From the NCBI GenBank assembly GCA_913045445.1, contig CAJWQP010000005.1, positions 1-63,892 on the forward strand: DNA of 63,892 nt. Direction: 5' to 3'. Origin of the DNA: an uncultured Nitrospina sp. (GTDB lineage Bacteria > Nitrospinota > Nitrospinia > Nitrospinales > VA-1). The stretch's first letter is position 1; each line of letters opens with the position of its first letter. The translations under genes and the position numbers were made by a program. Positions 9,618 through 18,209 of the stretch are shown here, piece by piece. The notes beneath the pieces were generated by a model. That model did not search any database and had not been told where the DNA came from. It saw nothing but the letters and a program-made list of their open reading frames with translations.

Positions 9618-10364
9618 CTACATATTAGGGACTACTATCAGTTCATTATAAATATCTTTACGCAGGGCTTGTTCCATAAACGAAAGTGTGGCCCCCAAAG
9701 AAGACCCGCAATTGCCACACGCACCCTGATATTTAATCATAACTTTTTCACCCTCAACAACATCGAGAACCTGAACGTTACCGCCATCGGCCATCAAAGC
9801 AGGGCGAACCTTCTCATCAAGCACCATGTTGATTTGTGTGATCTGGTCTTCCTTACTCAACCCCAGCCAGGCCTGTTCCGCCATGGACAGTTCAGCGAAA
9901 GACGAGGTTTTCACATCATCCTTGCTTATTGACGCGCTCGCTTCAGCAACCGCTTTAGCGGCAGGATATTCCTGCTGGACTATTTTCAACAACTCTTCGA
10001 CATTTGCAAACGCCTTCTTCTTCGACTCTGGAACCGCTGGAACCTCCGGCTCGTCTCTTAGCAGCGCTTCAACATCTTCGCCTTTCAAAGAACAGGCTTC
10101 ATCCACTGTGAGGCCTTTGACCATAGAACAAAGTGTTTCGCCGATTGCGACCGAAACTTTTCCCCCGTAGGCAAAAAACTTCGCGCTGTACACACGGTCC
10201 TCAATCCTGTCGACCAGCCAGTATGCCTTGGTGTCCTTGAATTTGGCTTCCACCAAGGCCATGCCCTTATCCCCGGCATCGTCTTTATCGTATGCACCGC
10301 GATGCTTCGGCTGGGTGGCGGCCTCATCAAATTTTTTGGAAAATTTTTCTTCGACAACTGTCAT
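9618..10364 (-). CDS. NifU-like protein: degenerate IscU-like N-domain plus C-terminal Nfu domain
   Basis: 248 aa. C-terminal Nfu/NifU domain with GACGNCG (CxxC). The N-terminal region resembles the IscU fold but lacks the CGD and GC ligand motifs. Confidence 0.8.
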   Translation of the reverse strand: MTVVEEKFSKKFDEAATQPKHRGAYDKDDAGDKGMALVEAKFKDTKAYWLVDRIEDRVYSAKFFAYGGKVSVAIGETLCSMVKGLTVDEACSLKGEDVEALLRDEPEVPAVPESKKKAFANVEELLKIVQQEYPAAKAVAEASASISKDDVKTSSFAELSMAEQAWLGLSKEDQITQINMVLDEKVRPALMADGGNVQVLDVVEGEKVMIKYQGACGNCGSSLGATLSFMEQALRKDIYNELIVVPNM

Positions 10365-10677
10365 TCAGGACATCCTCTACGTCATACTTTTACAAATATC
10401 TTACCCGACCGGAAAACTCAGCATAACCGTGCCCTCAGTCCTACAGACTTTGGAAAAACCTTTGTTTATTATAGGTTATCGCACAGACAAACTCAAATTG
10501 ACCTACCCGAAGCCAATCTTTGATTAGATGCTCGCAAGTCCTCAAAGTTCTTTATATTTAACAACCTGGTTCATATCCCACCACCGACTTTGAGAGGTCG
10601 CATCCATTGAAACCGGGGTAAGCAACAATTTAAACTAATCGTGTGCATAATCCAATTAAAAAGGATATAATTATTTC

Positions 10678-10791
10678 CCTCAAAGCACGGATTTTATAGC
10701 GGATTTACTGCTCCTCACAGCGGGTGAGACCGTGTCCCTGAAACCCGTTGCTGATGGATGGACGGATGGACGATTATTCTAAGGAGAGCTG
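10678..10791 (+). promoter_or_regulatory. Structured moaA leader; candidate molybdenum-cofactor (Moco) riboswitch
   Basis: TATAAT at 10666-10671 leaves a leader of about 115 nt. GCTCCT (about 10720) can pair with the AAGGAGAGC RBS just before the GTG start. Internal hairpins are CTCAC-agcgg-GTGAG and GTCC..GGAC. This was not verified against a covariance model. Confidence 0.25.
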
Positions 10792-11805
10792 GTGACGACT
10801 TCAACGGAAAATAACAAGCAAAAACTTGTCGATGGAATGGGTCGAACCATCGTGAACCTGCGGATATCTGTCACAGATCGCTGTAACTTTCGTTGCACCT
10901 ATTGCATGCCCGCAGACAACGTGGAATTCATGCCACGAGACAATTTACTCTCCTTTGAGGAAATCACCCGCGTGGCTCAAATTGGAGCGGGTCTGGGAAT
11001 CAAACGATTACGGCTCACGGGGGGCGAGCCTCTCATGCGCAAGGACCTGCCGGTTCTCATTCGTATGCTGACGCAGGTTGAAGGAATTGAAGATGTCGCG
11101 ATGACCACCAACGCCTTTTTCCTCAAAGACCACGCAAAAGCTCTGAACGAAGCCGGACTCAAACGACTCAACATCAGCCTCGATGCACTCGACCCGGAAA
11201 AGTTTCGGCACGTCAACCGCCGGGATTGCCTTAAAGAAGTGCTGGAAGGAATCAAAATCTCAGCGGAAGAAGGATTCAAATCGATCAAGATAAACGCTGT
11301 TGCAATGCGGAATTTCTCTGAATCGGAAATCATGCGGCTCATCGAAATGGGGCGGTCTGATGGCTTCGAAATCCGTTTCATAGAATTCATGCCCCTGGAT
11401 TCTGACCAGACCTGGGAACGCGACAAGGTATTGTTTGGTCATGAAATCATCGACCTCATCAAGGAAAAACACGAGTTGGTACCAGTCGAAAATTCTCTGG
11501 AAATTGGTCCTGCCAGTGAATACGATTTCGCCGACGGCAAAGGGCGTATCGGCATCATCACCGCCGTGAGCAATCCATTCTGCGATCACTGCAACCGCAT
11601 CCGAATGACAGCCAACGGTAAACTGCGCACTTGCCTGTTCTCCGCCAATGAAACTGACCTCAAGGAACTGATCCGTGGCGGCGCGTCCGATGAAGACATT
11701 GTAAAAGCCATTCGAGATGCTGTGCTCATTAAAGAACCCGGTCACAAGATCAACCTCGATGACTTCGAACGCCCGCAACGCGCCATGCACGCTATAGGCG
11801 GCTGA
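10792..11805 (+). CDS. moaA: GTP 3',8-cyclase MoaA (radical SAM)
   Basis: 337 aa with GTG start. CNFRCTYCMP cluster motif, C-terminal CDHCNRIRMTANGKLRTCLF second cluster, terminal GG. Confidence 0.95.
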   Translation: MTTSTENNKQKLVDGMGRTIVNLRISVTDRCNFRCTYCMPADNVEFMPRDNLLSFEEITRVAQIGAGLGIKRLRLTGGEPLMRKDLPVLIRMLTQVEGIEDVAMTTNAFFLKDHAKALNEAGLKRLNISLDALDPEKFRHVNRRDCLKEVLEGIKISAEEGFKSIKINAVAMRNFSESEIMRLIEMGRSDGFEIRFIEFMPLDSDQTWERDKVLFGHEIIDLIKEKHELVPVENSLEIGPASEYDFADGKGRIGIITAVSNPFCDHCNRIRMTANGKLRTCLFSANETDLKELIRGGASDEDIVKAIRDAVLIKEPGHKINLDDFERPQRAMHAIGG

Positions 11806-11899
11806 CCTGTTTTTCCCTGCCTGTTCCCGGATTCTTTCTTTCCCCTTTTTCTTATGCTAGTCTGCAAGCAACCATAAACTTCTTAAAATACTTTCAATC

Positions 11900-12748
11900 A
11901 TGTCACTGGAACAGAAACGCCTTGGTCTGGAATCGAGAATAGCCGAGTCGGAAAGTGCTCTGGTTGCCTTTTCGGGAGGGGTGGATAGCACACTTGTGCT
12001 GGCAGTTGCGAAAAATGTTCTTGGCGACCGGGTCCTGGCTGTCACGGCAGAGTCGGACAGCGTTCCTGAACGAGAATTGCAAACCGCTCAACACCTGACT
12101 AAAACACTGGGAGTCAAACACAGGATCATTCGTACTGAAGAAATGTCTTCGCCCGATTATTTGAAGAATTCAGCAAACCGGTGCTATTATTGCAAATCAG
12201 AATTGTATGCCAAACTTTCCAAAGTGGCAGAAGAACATAAACTGAGCCACATTCTTAATGGAATCAATCTGGACGACCTGGGAGACCATCGACCGGGAAT
12301 CACCGCCGCGAAAGAAGCCGGCGTTATCAGCCCGCTAGCGGAGCTTGGATTCAACAAGCAGGATGTACGCGACCTGGCGCGTCAAATGGACCTCCCCAAC
12401 TGGGAAAAACCTGCACTGGCCTGTCTTTCATCACGCATACCTTACGGTCAACCCGTCACCCCCGAAAAGTTATCGATGATCGAACAAGCCGAGGAAGTAT
12501 TGCTCGCGGAAGGATTTCGGCAAGTCCGGGTGCGTCACCACGGCGACATGGCGCGTATCGAACTGCCCAGGGAAGATATTCCCAGTCTGCTGAAAAATGG
12601 ACTCTCAAAAAAAATTAATCGTCGCCTGCGGAAAATTGGCTTTCAATACGTCACAGTCGATCTGGAGGGTTATCGGTCAGGAAGTTTGAACGAAGCTTTG
12701 AACATGCAAACCTGTAACGCTGAAAACGGAGAAAAGGTTATTCGCTAA
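11900..12748 (+). CDS. PP-loop ATP-utilising sulfur transferase, LarE / TIGR00268-like
   Basis: 282 aa. PP-loop SGGVDSTLV, CYYC (CxxC), ACLSSRIPYG, RVRHHGDMARIEL. Confidence 0.85.
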   Translation: MSLEQKRLGLESRIAESESALVAFSGGVDSTLVLAVAKNVLGDRVLAVTAESDSVPERELQTAQHLTKTLGVKHRIIRTEEMSSPDYLKNSANRCYYCKSELYAKLSKVAEEHKLSHILNGINLDDLGDHRPGITAAKEAGVISPLAELGFNKQDVRDLARQMDLPNWEKPALACLSSRIPYGQPVTPEKLSMIEQAEEVLLAEGFRQVRVRHHGDMARIELPREDIPSLLKNGLSKKINRRLRKIGFQYVTVDLEGYRSGSLNEALNMQTCNAENGEKVIR

Positions 12749-12981
12749 TGTGGCAAATTGAACTCAAACCAGAAATTAAAAAAGAACTCAAAAATCCGGA
12801 AAAGTATGTCAAGGGGATGCAGTTCACTTATAGCGGAATAACCATCACTATGGTGGGCGTCGGGATGATGTTTATTCTCTACTTCATCAAACCGGAGCAC
12901 GTCCTGCGTCCGTTCTGGATTCAAATACTCGGCCTGGTCGTGGCGGGCTGGGGCGAATGGCTTAAATTTCGCGGGAAGTGA
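12748..12981 (+). CDS. Small two-TM membrane protein, unknown function
   Basis: 77 aa. Its ATG overlaps the larE-like stop (TAATG), which suggests translational coupling. Two hydrophobic helices. Confidence 0.5.
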   Translation: MWQIELKPEIKKELKNPEKYVKGMQFTYSGITITMVGVGMMFILYFIKPEHVLRPFWIQILGLVVAGWGEWLKFRGK

Positions 12982-13006
12982 ATTGGTCTACAAATGCGGG
13001 TTAGCT

Positions 13007-13055
13007 GTAGGGCAAGGCTTTAGCCTTGCAACGCAACCCTAAAGGGTTGCCCTAC
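13007..13055. repeat. Nested palindromic (REP-like) element or bidirectional stem-loop
   Basis: GTAGG-[GCAAGGCT TT AGCCTTGC]-AAC-[GCAACCCT AA AGGGTTGC]-CCTAC. This is two perfect 18-nt palindromes in tandem, enclosed by a 5-bp outer stem. The alternative long stem is GTAGGGCAA/TTGCCCTAC. It lies between convergent genes. Confidence 0.7.
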
Positions 13056-13132
13056 GAAAGAATAAATAAAAAGCTTTTCCCCTCCTTACCAAGGAGACCT
13101 GTCCAGAGCGAAGCGTGGGAGGTTAGGGGAGG

Positions 13133-13987
13133 TCACTTGGAAGACTTGTGGTTTTTAGCGGAATTTTTTCCGAGCGCTACCGAACGTTGCGTGGCGATTT
13201 CCACTGCGTTCATCAATGTCGTGCGCAATCCGCCTTCCTCCAGAGTATGCAATCCGGAAATCGTAGTCCCGCCGGGCGACGTCACCATGTCCTTGAGTTC
13301 ACCCGGATGTTTTCCACTTTCCCGCGCGAGCTTGGCCGATCCCAGAACGGTCTGAATGGTCAGGGCATTAGAAACTTCCCGCGACAGCCCCACCTTCACA
13401 CCCGCATCGGACAGGGCTTCGATAATCATAAAAATATAGGCGGGGCCGCTTCCGCTGAGTCCGGTAACAGCATCGATGTGAACTTCCTCGACATCAACAG
13501 TTTGTCCGACCGCCTCGAAAACGCGGTGGGCAATTTTCACATCCGTTTTTGTCGCGTGGTCGCTACTGCAAATAGCCGTCACTCCCTCCTGAACCAACGA
13601 CGGAGTATTGGGCATGGCCCGCACGACAGAAACTTTCTTCTTACCATCCGCGTCAAGAATATCTTCAATAATATTGATCGACACTCCAGCCGCTACAGAA
13701 ATAACCAGTTTACTGCTATCGGCTAGATCCTTAAAACTCTCCAGGGCCTTCCCTACCACCTGAGGTTTGATCGCCAGAATTAATATGTCGCATTTTTGCA
13801 CCACCTCACGATTATCCGTTGTCGCCTTGACCTTGTATTCCTTGTGCAGGAAGTCCAAACGCTCCTGAATCGGATCGGATACAAAAACACTTTTCGCTTC
13901 AATAAACGACGAAGTGATGAGCCCCTTGACTAAAGCCTCGGTCATATTTCCGCCACCTATGAATCCAAGTTTCTTGTTGGTCAACAC
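13133..13987 (-). CDS. proC: Pyrroline-5-carboxylate reductase
   Basis: 284 aa. N-terminal Rossmann motif LGFIGGGNMTEAL and C-terminal GGTTISGLHTLEEGGLR. Confidence 0.95.
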   Translation of the reverse strand: MLTNKKLGFIGGGNMTEALVKGLITSSFIEAKSVFVSDPIQERLDFLHKEYKVKATTDNREVVQKCDILILAIKPQVVGKALESFKDLADSSKLVISVAAGVSINIIEDILDADGKKKVSVVRAMPNTPSLVQEGVTAICSSDHATKTDVKIAHRVFEAVGQTVDVEEVHIDAVTGLSGSGPAYIFMIIEALSDAGVKVGLSREVSNALTIQTVLGSAKLARESGKHPGELKDMVTSPGGTTISGLHTLEEGGLRTTLMNAVEIATQRSVALGKNSAKNHKSSK

Positions 13988-14120
13988 AATAATATTCTCC
14001 TGACAATTTTAATATAGCTAATGGACGATCATTGCCGGTCCACACTTTTTCCATACGGCTATGGATAATCTTTATTTGACCATTATGAGGCAAAGGGCTG
14101 AATCATTCAACCTGCTGTGT

Positions 14121-14816
14121 TTATTTTGTAGAAGGGCGTGGGCCAAACAACGCGGTTCCCACACGAACCAGTGTCGCGCCCTCTTCGATGGCGACTTCGT
14201 AATCGTTGGACATGCCCATGGACAGCTCGTCGAGCGACACATTAGGAAAGGCCAACTTGGCACAGGAATCACGCAATTCTCGCAAACGGACATAATATGG
14301 TCGCGACTTTTCAGGGTCGGCATCAAACGGAGGGATCGTCATCAGTCCCTTGATCTTCACTCCCTCCAAAGACGCCAGCCTGTGAATCACTTCCGGTGCA
14401 TCATCAGGGTCCATCCCAAATTTCGATGCTTCACCAGACACATTGACCTGAAGGAGGATGGGCATGCAAGTTCCGCGAGCCTGAGCCTTTTCATGAATCG
14501 CTTCAGCCAGTGCCGCGCTATCGACTGAATGGATCAGATCAAACAAATCAAAAATAAATTTAACTTTGTTTTTTTGCAAGTGACCGATGAAGTGCCACTC
14601 CATTCCATCATGTCCAAGAGTTTCTATTTTACCCTGCGCGTCCTGAATCTTGTTTTCGCCCAGAACCTTTGCGCCAGCACGCAGGCCCTCGGCAATGGTA
14701 TCGGTGTCATGTTCTTTAGTCACCGCAACAAGCCGCACATCCCCTGGGTCACGCCCGACTCTTTCAGCCGCGCCCACAATATGACGATGAACCTGTTCAA
14801 AGTTTTTGGCAATCAA
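14121..14816 (-). CDS. yggS: YggS family pyridoxal-phosphate homeostasis protein
   Basis: 231 aa. VAVTK PLP-lysine motif, HFIGHLQKNK, SMGMSNDYEVAIEEGAT. Confidence 0.93.
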   Translation of the reverse strand: MIAKNFEQVHRHIVGAAERVGRDPGDVRLVAVTKEHDTDTIAEGLRAGAKVLGENKIQDAQGKIETLGHDGMEWHFIGHLQKNKVKFIFDLFDLIHSVDSAALAEAIHEKAQARGTCMPILLQVNVSGEASKFGMDPDDAPEVIHRLASLEGVKIKGLMTIPPFDADPEKSRPYYVRLRELRDSCAKLAFPNVSLDELSMGMSNDYEVAIEEGATLVRVGTALFGPRPSTK

Positions 14817-14931
14817 GGGAAGCCCCTATCAATCGAAATGACCTGGATAAAATTGGCGGGCTTGTTAAAAGACCTTAACAATAAAAATCTGGACAAAGTG
14901 GATGGCGAGACCCCCGGCAGGAGGAACCGAC

Positions 14932-15282
14932 TCAGTAAAGCGCCTGTTTCCCACTCTCACCCGTACGGATGCGGATAGCCTCTTCAACCGGAAGAATAAA
15001 TATCTTGCCGTCTCCAAGGTTTCCCGTACAAGCTGTCTTGGCGATAGCATCGACCACTTCATCGACCGCCTCGTCTTCCAGGACAATAGTGATCTCAACC
15101 CGGGGCAGGAATTGAGGGGCCTTGGCGTCGGGCATGGATGCAAACTGACTCAACGGTTTCCCGATCCCTTTGGCGTCAATGACCGAAAGGCCCGGAACCC
15201 CCAGTTCGAAAAGTTTTCCCCTCACTTCTTCGAGTTTCTTATGCTGAATGTAACATTGTATTTTTTTCATAAGCATTGGCAC
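14932..15282 (-). CDS. P-II family signal-transduction protein with divergent T-loop
   Basis: 116 aa. Canonical B-loop and C-terminus (TGNLGDGKIFILPVEEAIRIRTGE). The T-loop reads KGIGKPLSQFASMPDAKAPQFLP instead of the GFGRQKG..YRGAEY type. Confidence 0.85.
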   Translation of the reverse strand: MPMLMKKIQCYIQHKKLEEVRGKLFELGVPGLSVIDAKGIGKPLSQFASMPDAKAPQFLPRVEITIVLEDEAVDEVVDAIAKTACTGNLGDGKIFILPVEEAIRIRTGESGKQALY

Positions 15283-15457
15283 AAAAGACTGTACAATCCG
15301 TCTCCTTATCGTTCACTAATGCGACATGCGAGACAACCCCTTATGGAGACTAGATTGTAAGCCTTTTTAGGTGGAATTGGCAAGCATCATAAACTATGAA
15401 GAGAATATTAATTGTGCTTCTAGCTCACATTTATTCCTTCTTCTTTTTGAGTCATGC

Positions 15458-15841
15458 CTATTTCTTACCAAATTTTCTAACGTAATATGCAGAAAAATCC
15501 CTGACGGAAAGCATGCCAATGATTTTTTTATTTTCTGTTACTGCGATATGCCGTATACCATTTTTCCCCATGATCAAAAATGCTGTGGCCATCAGTGGAT
15601 TCGATTCTATGGAAATAATCAGTTGAGATATGATAGACGCGACATGAACCTCGACGGGTTTTTTCAATTGCGCAATGACTCTTTACGATAGATCGCCTTC
15701 GGTCACGATTCCTATGTATTCCCTATCTTCTTCGATTAACACAGACCCTTGCCCCGCATCAAGCATCTTTTGCGCCACTCCTGTAGCAGTGGCCTTAACG
15801 CCAATTATGTCTTGGGTCATGTAGAACTTGACTTCATCCAT
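15458..15841 (-). pseudogene. CBS-pair domain protein interrupted by an in-frame TAA
   Basis: One minus-strand frame runs from ATG 15839-15841 to TAG 15458-15460. It reads MDEVKFYMTQDIIGVKATATGVAQKMLDAGQGSVLIEEDREYIGIVTEGDLS*RVIAQLKKPVEVHVAS...GMLSVRDF, with TAA at 15683-15685 in the CBS1-CBS2 linker. Confidence 0.6.
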
Positions 15842-15863
15842 TATTGAATCAACCCATTGAAGA

Positions 15864-16691
15864 TCACCCTGCCAAGGTGGTAATCTCTTCGATTTCAGGA
15901 GCTTCGGCTGATGTTTCCGTTTTGCTTTTCTTTTTATTGGCTGGCCCCATTAGCTTCTTCCAGTTTTGTTTTTCCCAGGCGCGGGCTTCTTCGTAATGGC
16001 GGTATTCGCGTTCTTTTTTCTTGAACTCGGGATGATGCGCCATCCACATTCCTTTTTTGCGTTTCATGGGCGCTGACTGATGACACATTTCGTGATGCAC
16101 TGTCAACTCCAACACAGACCGGGGAACAAAGTCCTGATTCAGTCGCGGATGGATTCGGATGAGCTTCTTTTCCGGGTCATAAGAGCCAAACCTGAATGAA
16201 GAAAGATTTTTCTTGTTCACCTGCTTGCCCCACTCTATATCTGCTTTAATCTTGCCAGAAAAATATTCATCGTTGAGCCGGTCAAATATCTCTTTCAAGT
16301 CGATCTCGATATCGCCAATGAGTTCCGGTTCCGGTGAAGACTCGCTTGCCGCCTCATCACCTTTTAAGAGAGCGCGAACCGTTTCCTTCAATCCTTCTGC
16401 CAGACTCTTTTCAGATAAAAGTTTGGAAAGTAATTTCTTTTCCAAAGAGGTAGCAACTTCCTCTTCAGAAATATCGAAACACGCAAAATAATTCTTATTA
16501 AAAACTTCCATCTTTAGCGCAAGCTGTTGAGAGTCGATCTTGACCTGGCCCATAAAGTCGAATCCATCTTTTCTGCATCTGAATAGTCTGGAATAAATCA
16601 GCGCTTCTCCTCCACTCTCACGAGCGGGTCCGAATACGATGGTGCCGGGTTTTGGGGAGTTTTCAATAATAGGGGCGGGAGCATTTTCCAT
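15864..16691 (-). CDS. SprT-like / DUF45-type zinc metallopeptidase domain protein
   Basis: 275 aa. HExxH (TVHHEMCHQ) in the C-terminal half, preceded by FDRLNDEYFSGKI. N-terminal 130 aa unassigned. Lys-rich tail. Confidence 0.6.
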   Translation of the reverse strand: MENAPAPIIENSPKPGTIVFGPARESGGEALIYSRLFRCRKDGFDFMGQVKIDSQQLALKMEVFNKNYFACFDISEEEVATSLEKKLLSKLLSEKSLAEGLKETVRALLKGDEAASESSPEPELIGDIEIDLKEIFDRLNDEYFSGKIKADIEWGKQVNKKNLSSFRFGSYDPEKKLIRIHPRLNQDFVPRSVLELTVHHEMCHQSAPMKRKKGMWMAHHPEFKKKEREYRHYEEARAWEKQNWKKLMGPANKKKSKTETSAEAPEIEEITTLAG

Positions 16692-16877
16692 ACAAGTTTC
16701 ACCTTTCTATGAAAATCACATTTCAGTTAAAACATTAAAAAGAATGGTACTTTAACAGGAGTGGGGTGTCCACAGAGAAATGATTAAAAATATCCTTCAG
16801 AGCAAGCCTGATGAGACAAACTTCCTATCCCATTGCCATAACTTTACAACAAATGCAATTTCCTTTAAGGTGCCACT

Positions 16878-18209
16878 ATGAAGACTATTTTCCTTGCACT
16901 CATTCTGTCCGCTGTTGTTTCCTGCACCACTGTGCCGGAACCAGAAACCGTTGCGCCGCCTTACGATGCAGTGGCTGATGTGAACCTGTTTCTTGCCACA
17001 ACTGACGAGAAAACAGAAGCTCAGGTTCTTGAACGTTTGAAATCGAATAACGTGGACTCTTCCCAACTGAAACCGCTATTGTCGGCCACGCTTCCAACAT
17101 CCAGTCGCAAACCTAATGGACTTCACCCTGACATGAAATATAAAATGAGTGGGAAGACCTATTCCTATGCGCTCTACGTCCCCGAATCGGCTACCGCCAA
17201 AATGCCGATGATCGTTATCATGCACGGCATGGGAGGAAATGGACCCAACACGATACGCGGCTGGATGGAACGACTGGGAGATGAATTTATAGTCCTCTGC
17301 CCAACTTACCCCATGGGCGCATGGTGGTCGAAAAACGCGGAAGAACTGGTTCTTAATTTAATCAAGGAAACGGGTGCGAGTTACAACATTGATCCCGACC
17401 GGGTTTTCCTGGCAGGACTCTCCAACGGAGCCATTGGAGCTTATCTGATGGGAATGTTTTATCCCGACCACTTTGCCGGGATCGTACCCATCGCCGGAAG
17501 CATCACGAAACGATACCTGCACTTCCTGGTCAACCTGAACAACACCCCCACTTATATGATCCAGGGTGAACATGACCCTGTTTTCCCCATCGAACTGGCA
17601 CGCCGAGCCCATAAAATTTTGTCAGACATGAAATCGCCGGTAGTTTTCCGCGAACACAAGGAACGCGGTGCGGCACATGGAGGACACTTCCTGCCAGAAT
17701 CTGAAGTTCCCGCTCTGGTCGAATGGCTCAAAAAACAAAAAAGAATCACTGCCCCAAAAGTGGTGCGCATGACGCGGGAAGAAAATCACATGAAGCGTAT
17801 CTTCTGGACCGGTGTGACCCGCGGCTATAAACTGGCCGCATTGCAGATCCCCGGCCCGGAAATGGAACCGCTCAATGTACATGACGGAAAAATAGCTACG
17901 TTATTCGCTATCGACAAGGGGGATAATCGATTTGAAACGATGGGGAAGAATACTTTGGAATTCGAGATATATCTTTCATCTGACCGCATAGATTTTGAAA
18001 AATCCGTGGTCGTTACATTTCAGGCCATCCGGGATGAGGGCAAACAACTTGTTCCCGGTGAAAAGTTCGTGGCCTTTCATGAAAAAGTTGAAAAGGACAT
18101 TGCTGTTCTTTTACGTGGATTCAAAGAGTTTCGCGATCCGGGCTTCTTGTTTGACGCAAAGATCACCGTTTCCGCAGAAAAAGCTATCGAGTTTGCCGCC
18201 TTGCCATGA
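16878..18209 (+). CDS. Secreted alpha/beta-hydrolase (esterase/lipoprotein), with uncharacterised C-terminal domain
   Basis: 443 aa. Lipobox-like signal LILSAVVSC, HGMGGNG, nucleophile elbow GLSNGA. About 170 aa C-terminal extension. Confidence 0.7.
   Translation: MKTIFLALILSAVVSCTTVPEPETVAPPYDAVADVNLFLATTDEKTEAQVLERLKSNNVDSSQLKPLLSATLPTSSRKPNGLHPDMKYKMSGKTYSYALYVPESATAKMPMIVIMHGMGGNGPNTIRGWMERLGDEFIVLCPTYPMGAWWSKNAEELVLNLIKETGASYNIDPDRVFLAGLSNGAIGAYLMGMFYPDHFAGIVPIAGSITKRYLHFLVNLNNTPTYMIQGEHDPVFPIELARRAHKILSDMKSPVVFREHKERGAAHGGHFLPESEVPALVEWLKKQKRITAPKVVRMTREENHMKRIFWTGVTRGYKLAALQIPGPEMEPLNVHDGKIATLFAIDKGDNRFETMGKNTLEFEIYLSSDRIDFEKSVVVTFQAIRDEGKQLVPGEKFVAFHEKVEKDIAVLLRGFKEFRDPGFLFDAKITVSAEKAIEFAALP

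Noticed and set aside
15283-15380. The long leader of the P-II-like gene was considered as a glutamine (glnA-type) riboswitch.
   Set aside because: Only a generic GUCUCC/GGAGAC stem is visible, and I cannot recognise the conserved glnA-motif core. It is noted within the P-II finding only.
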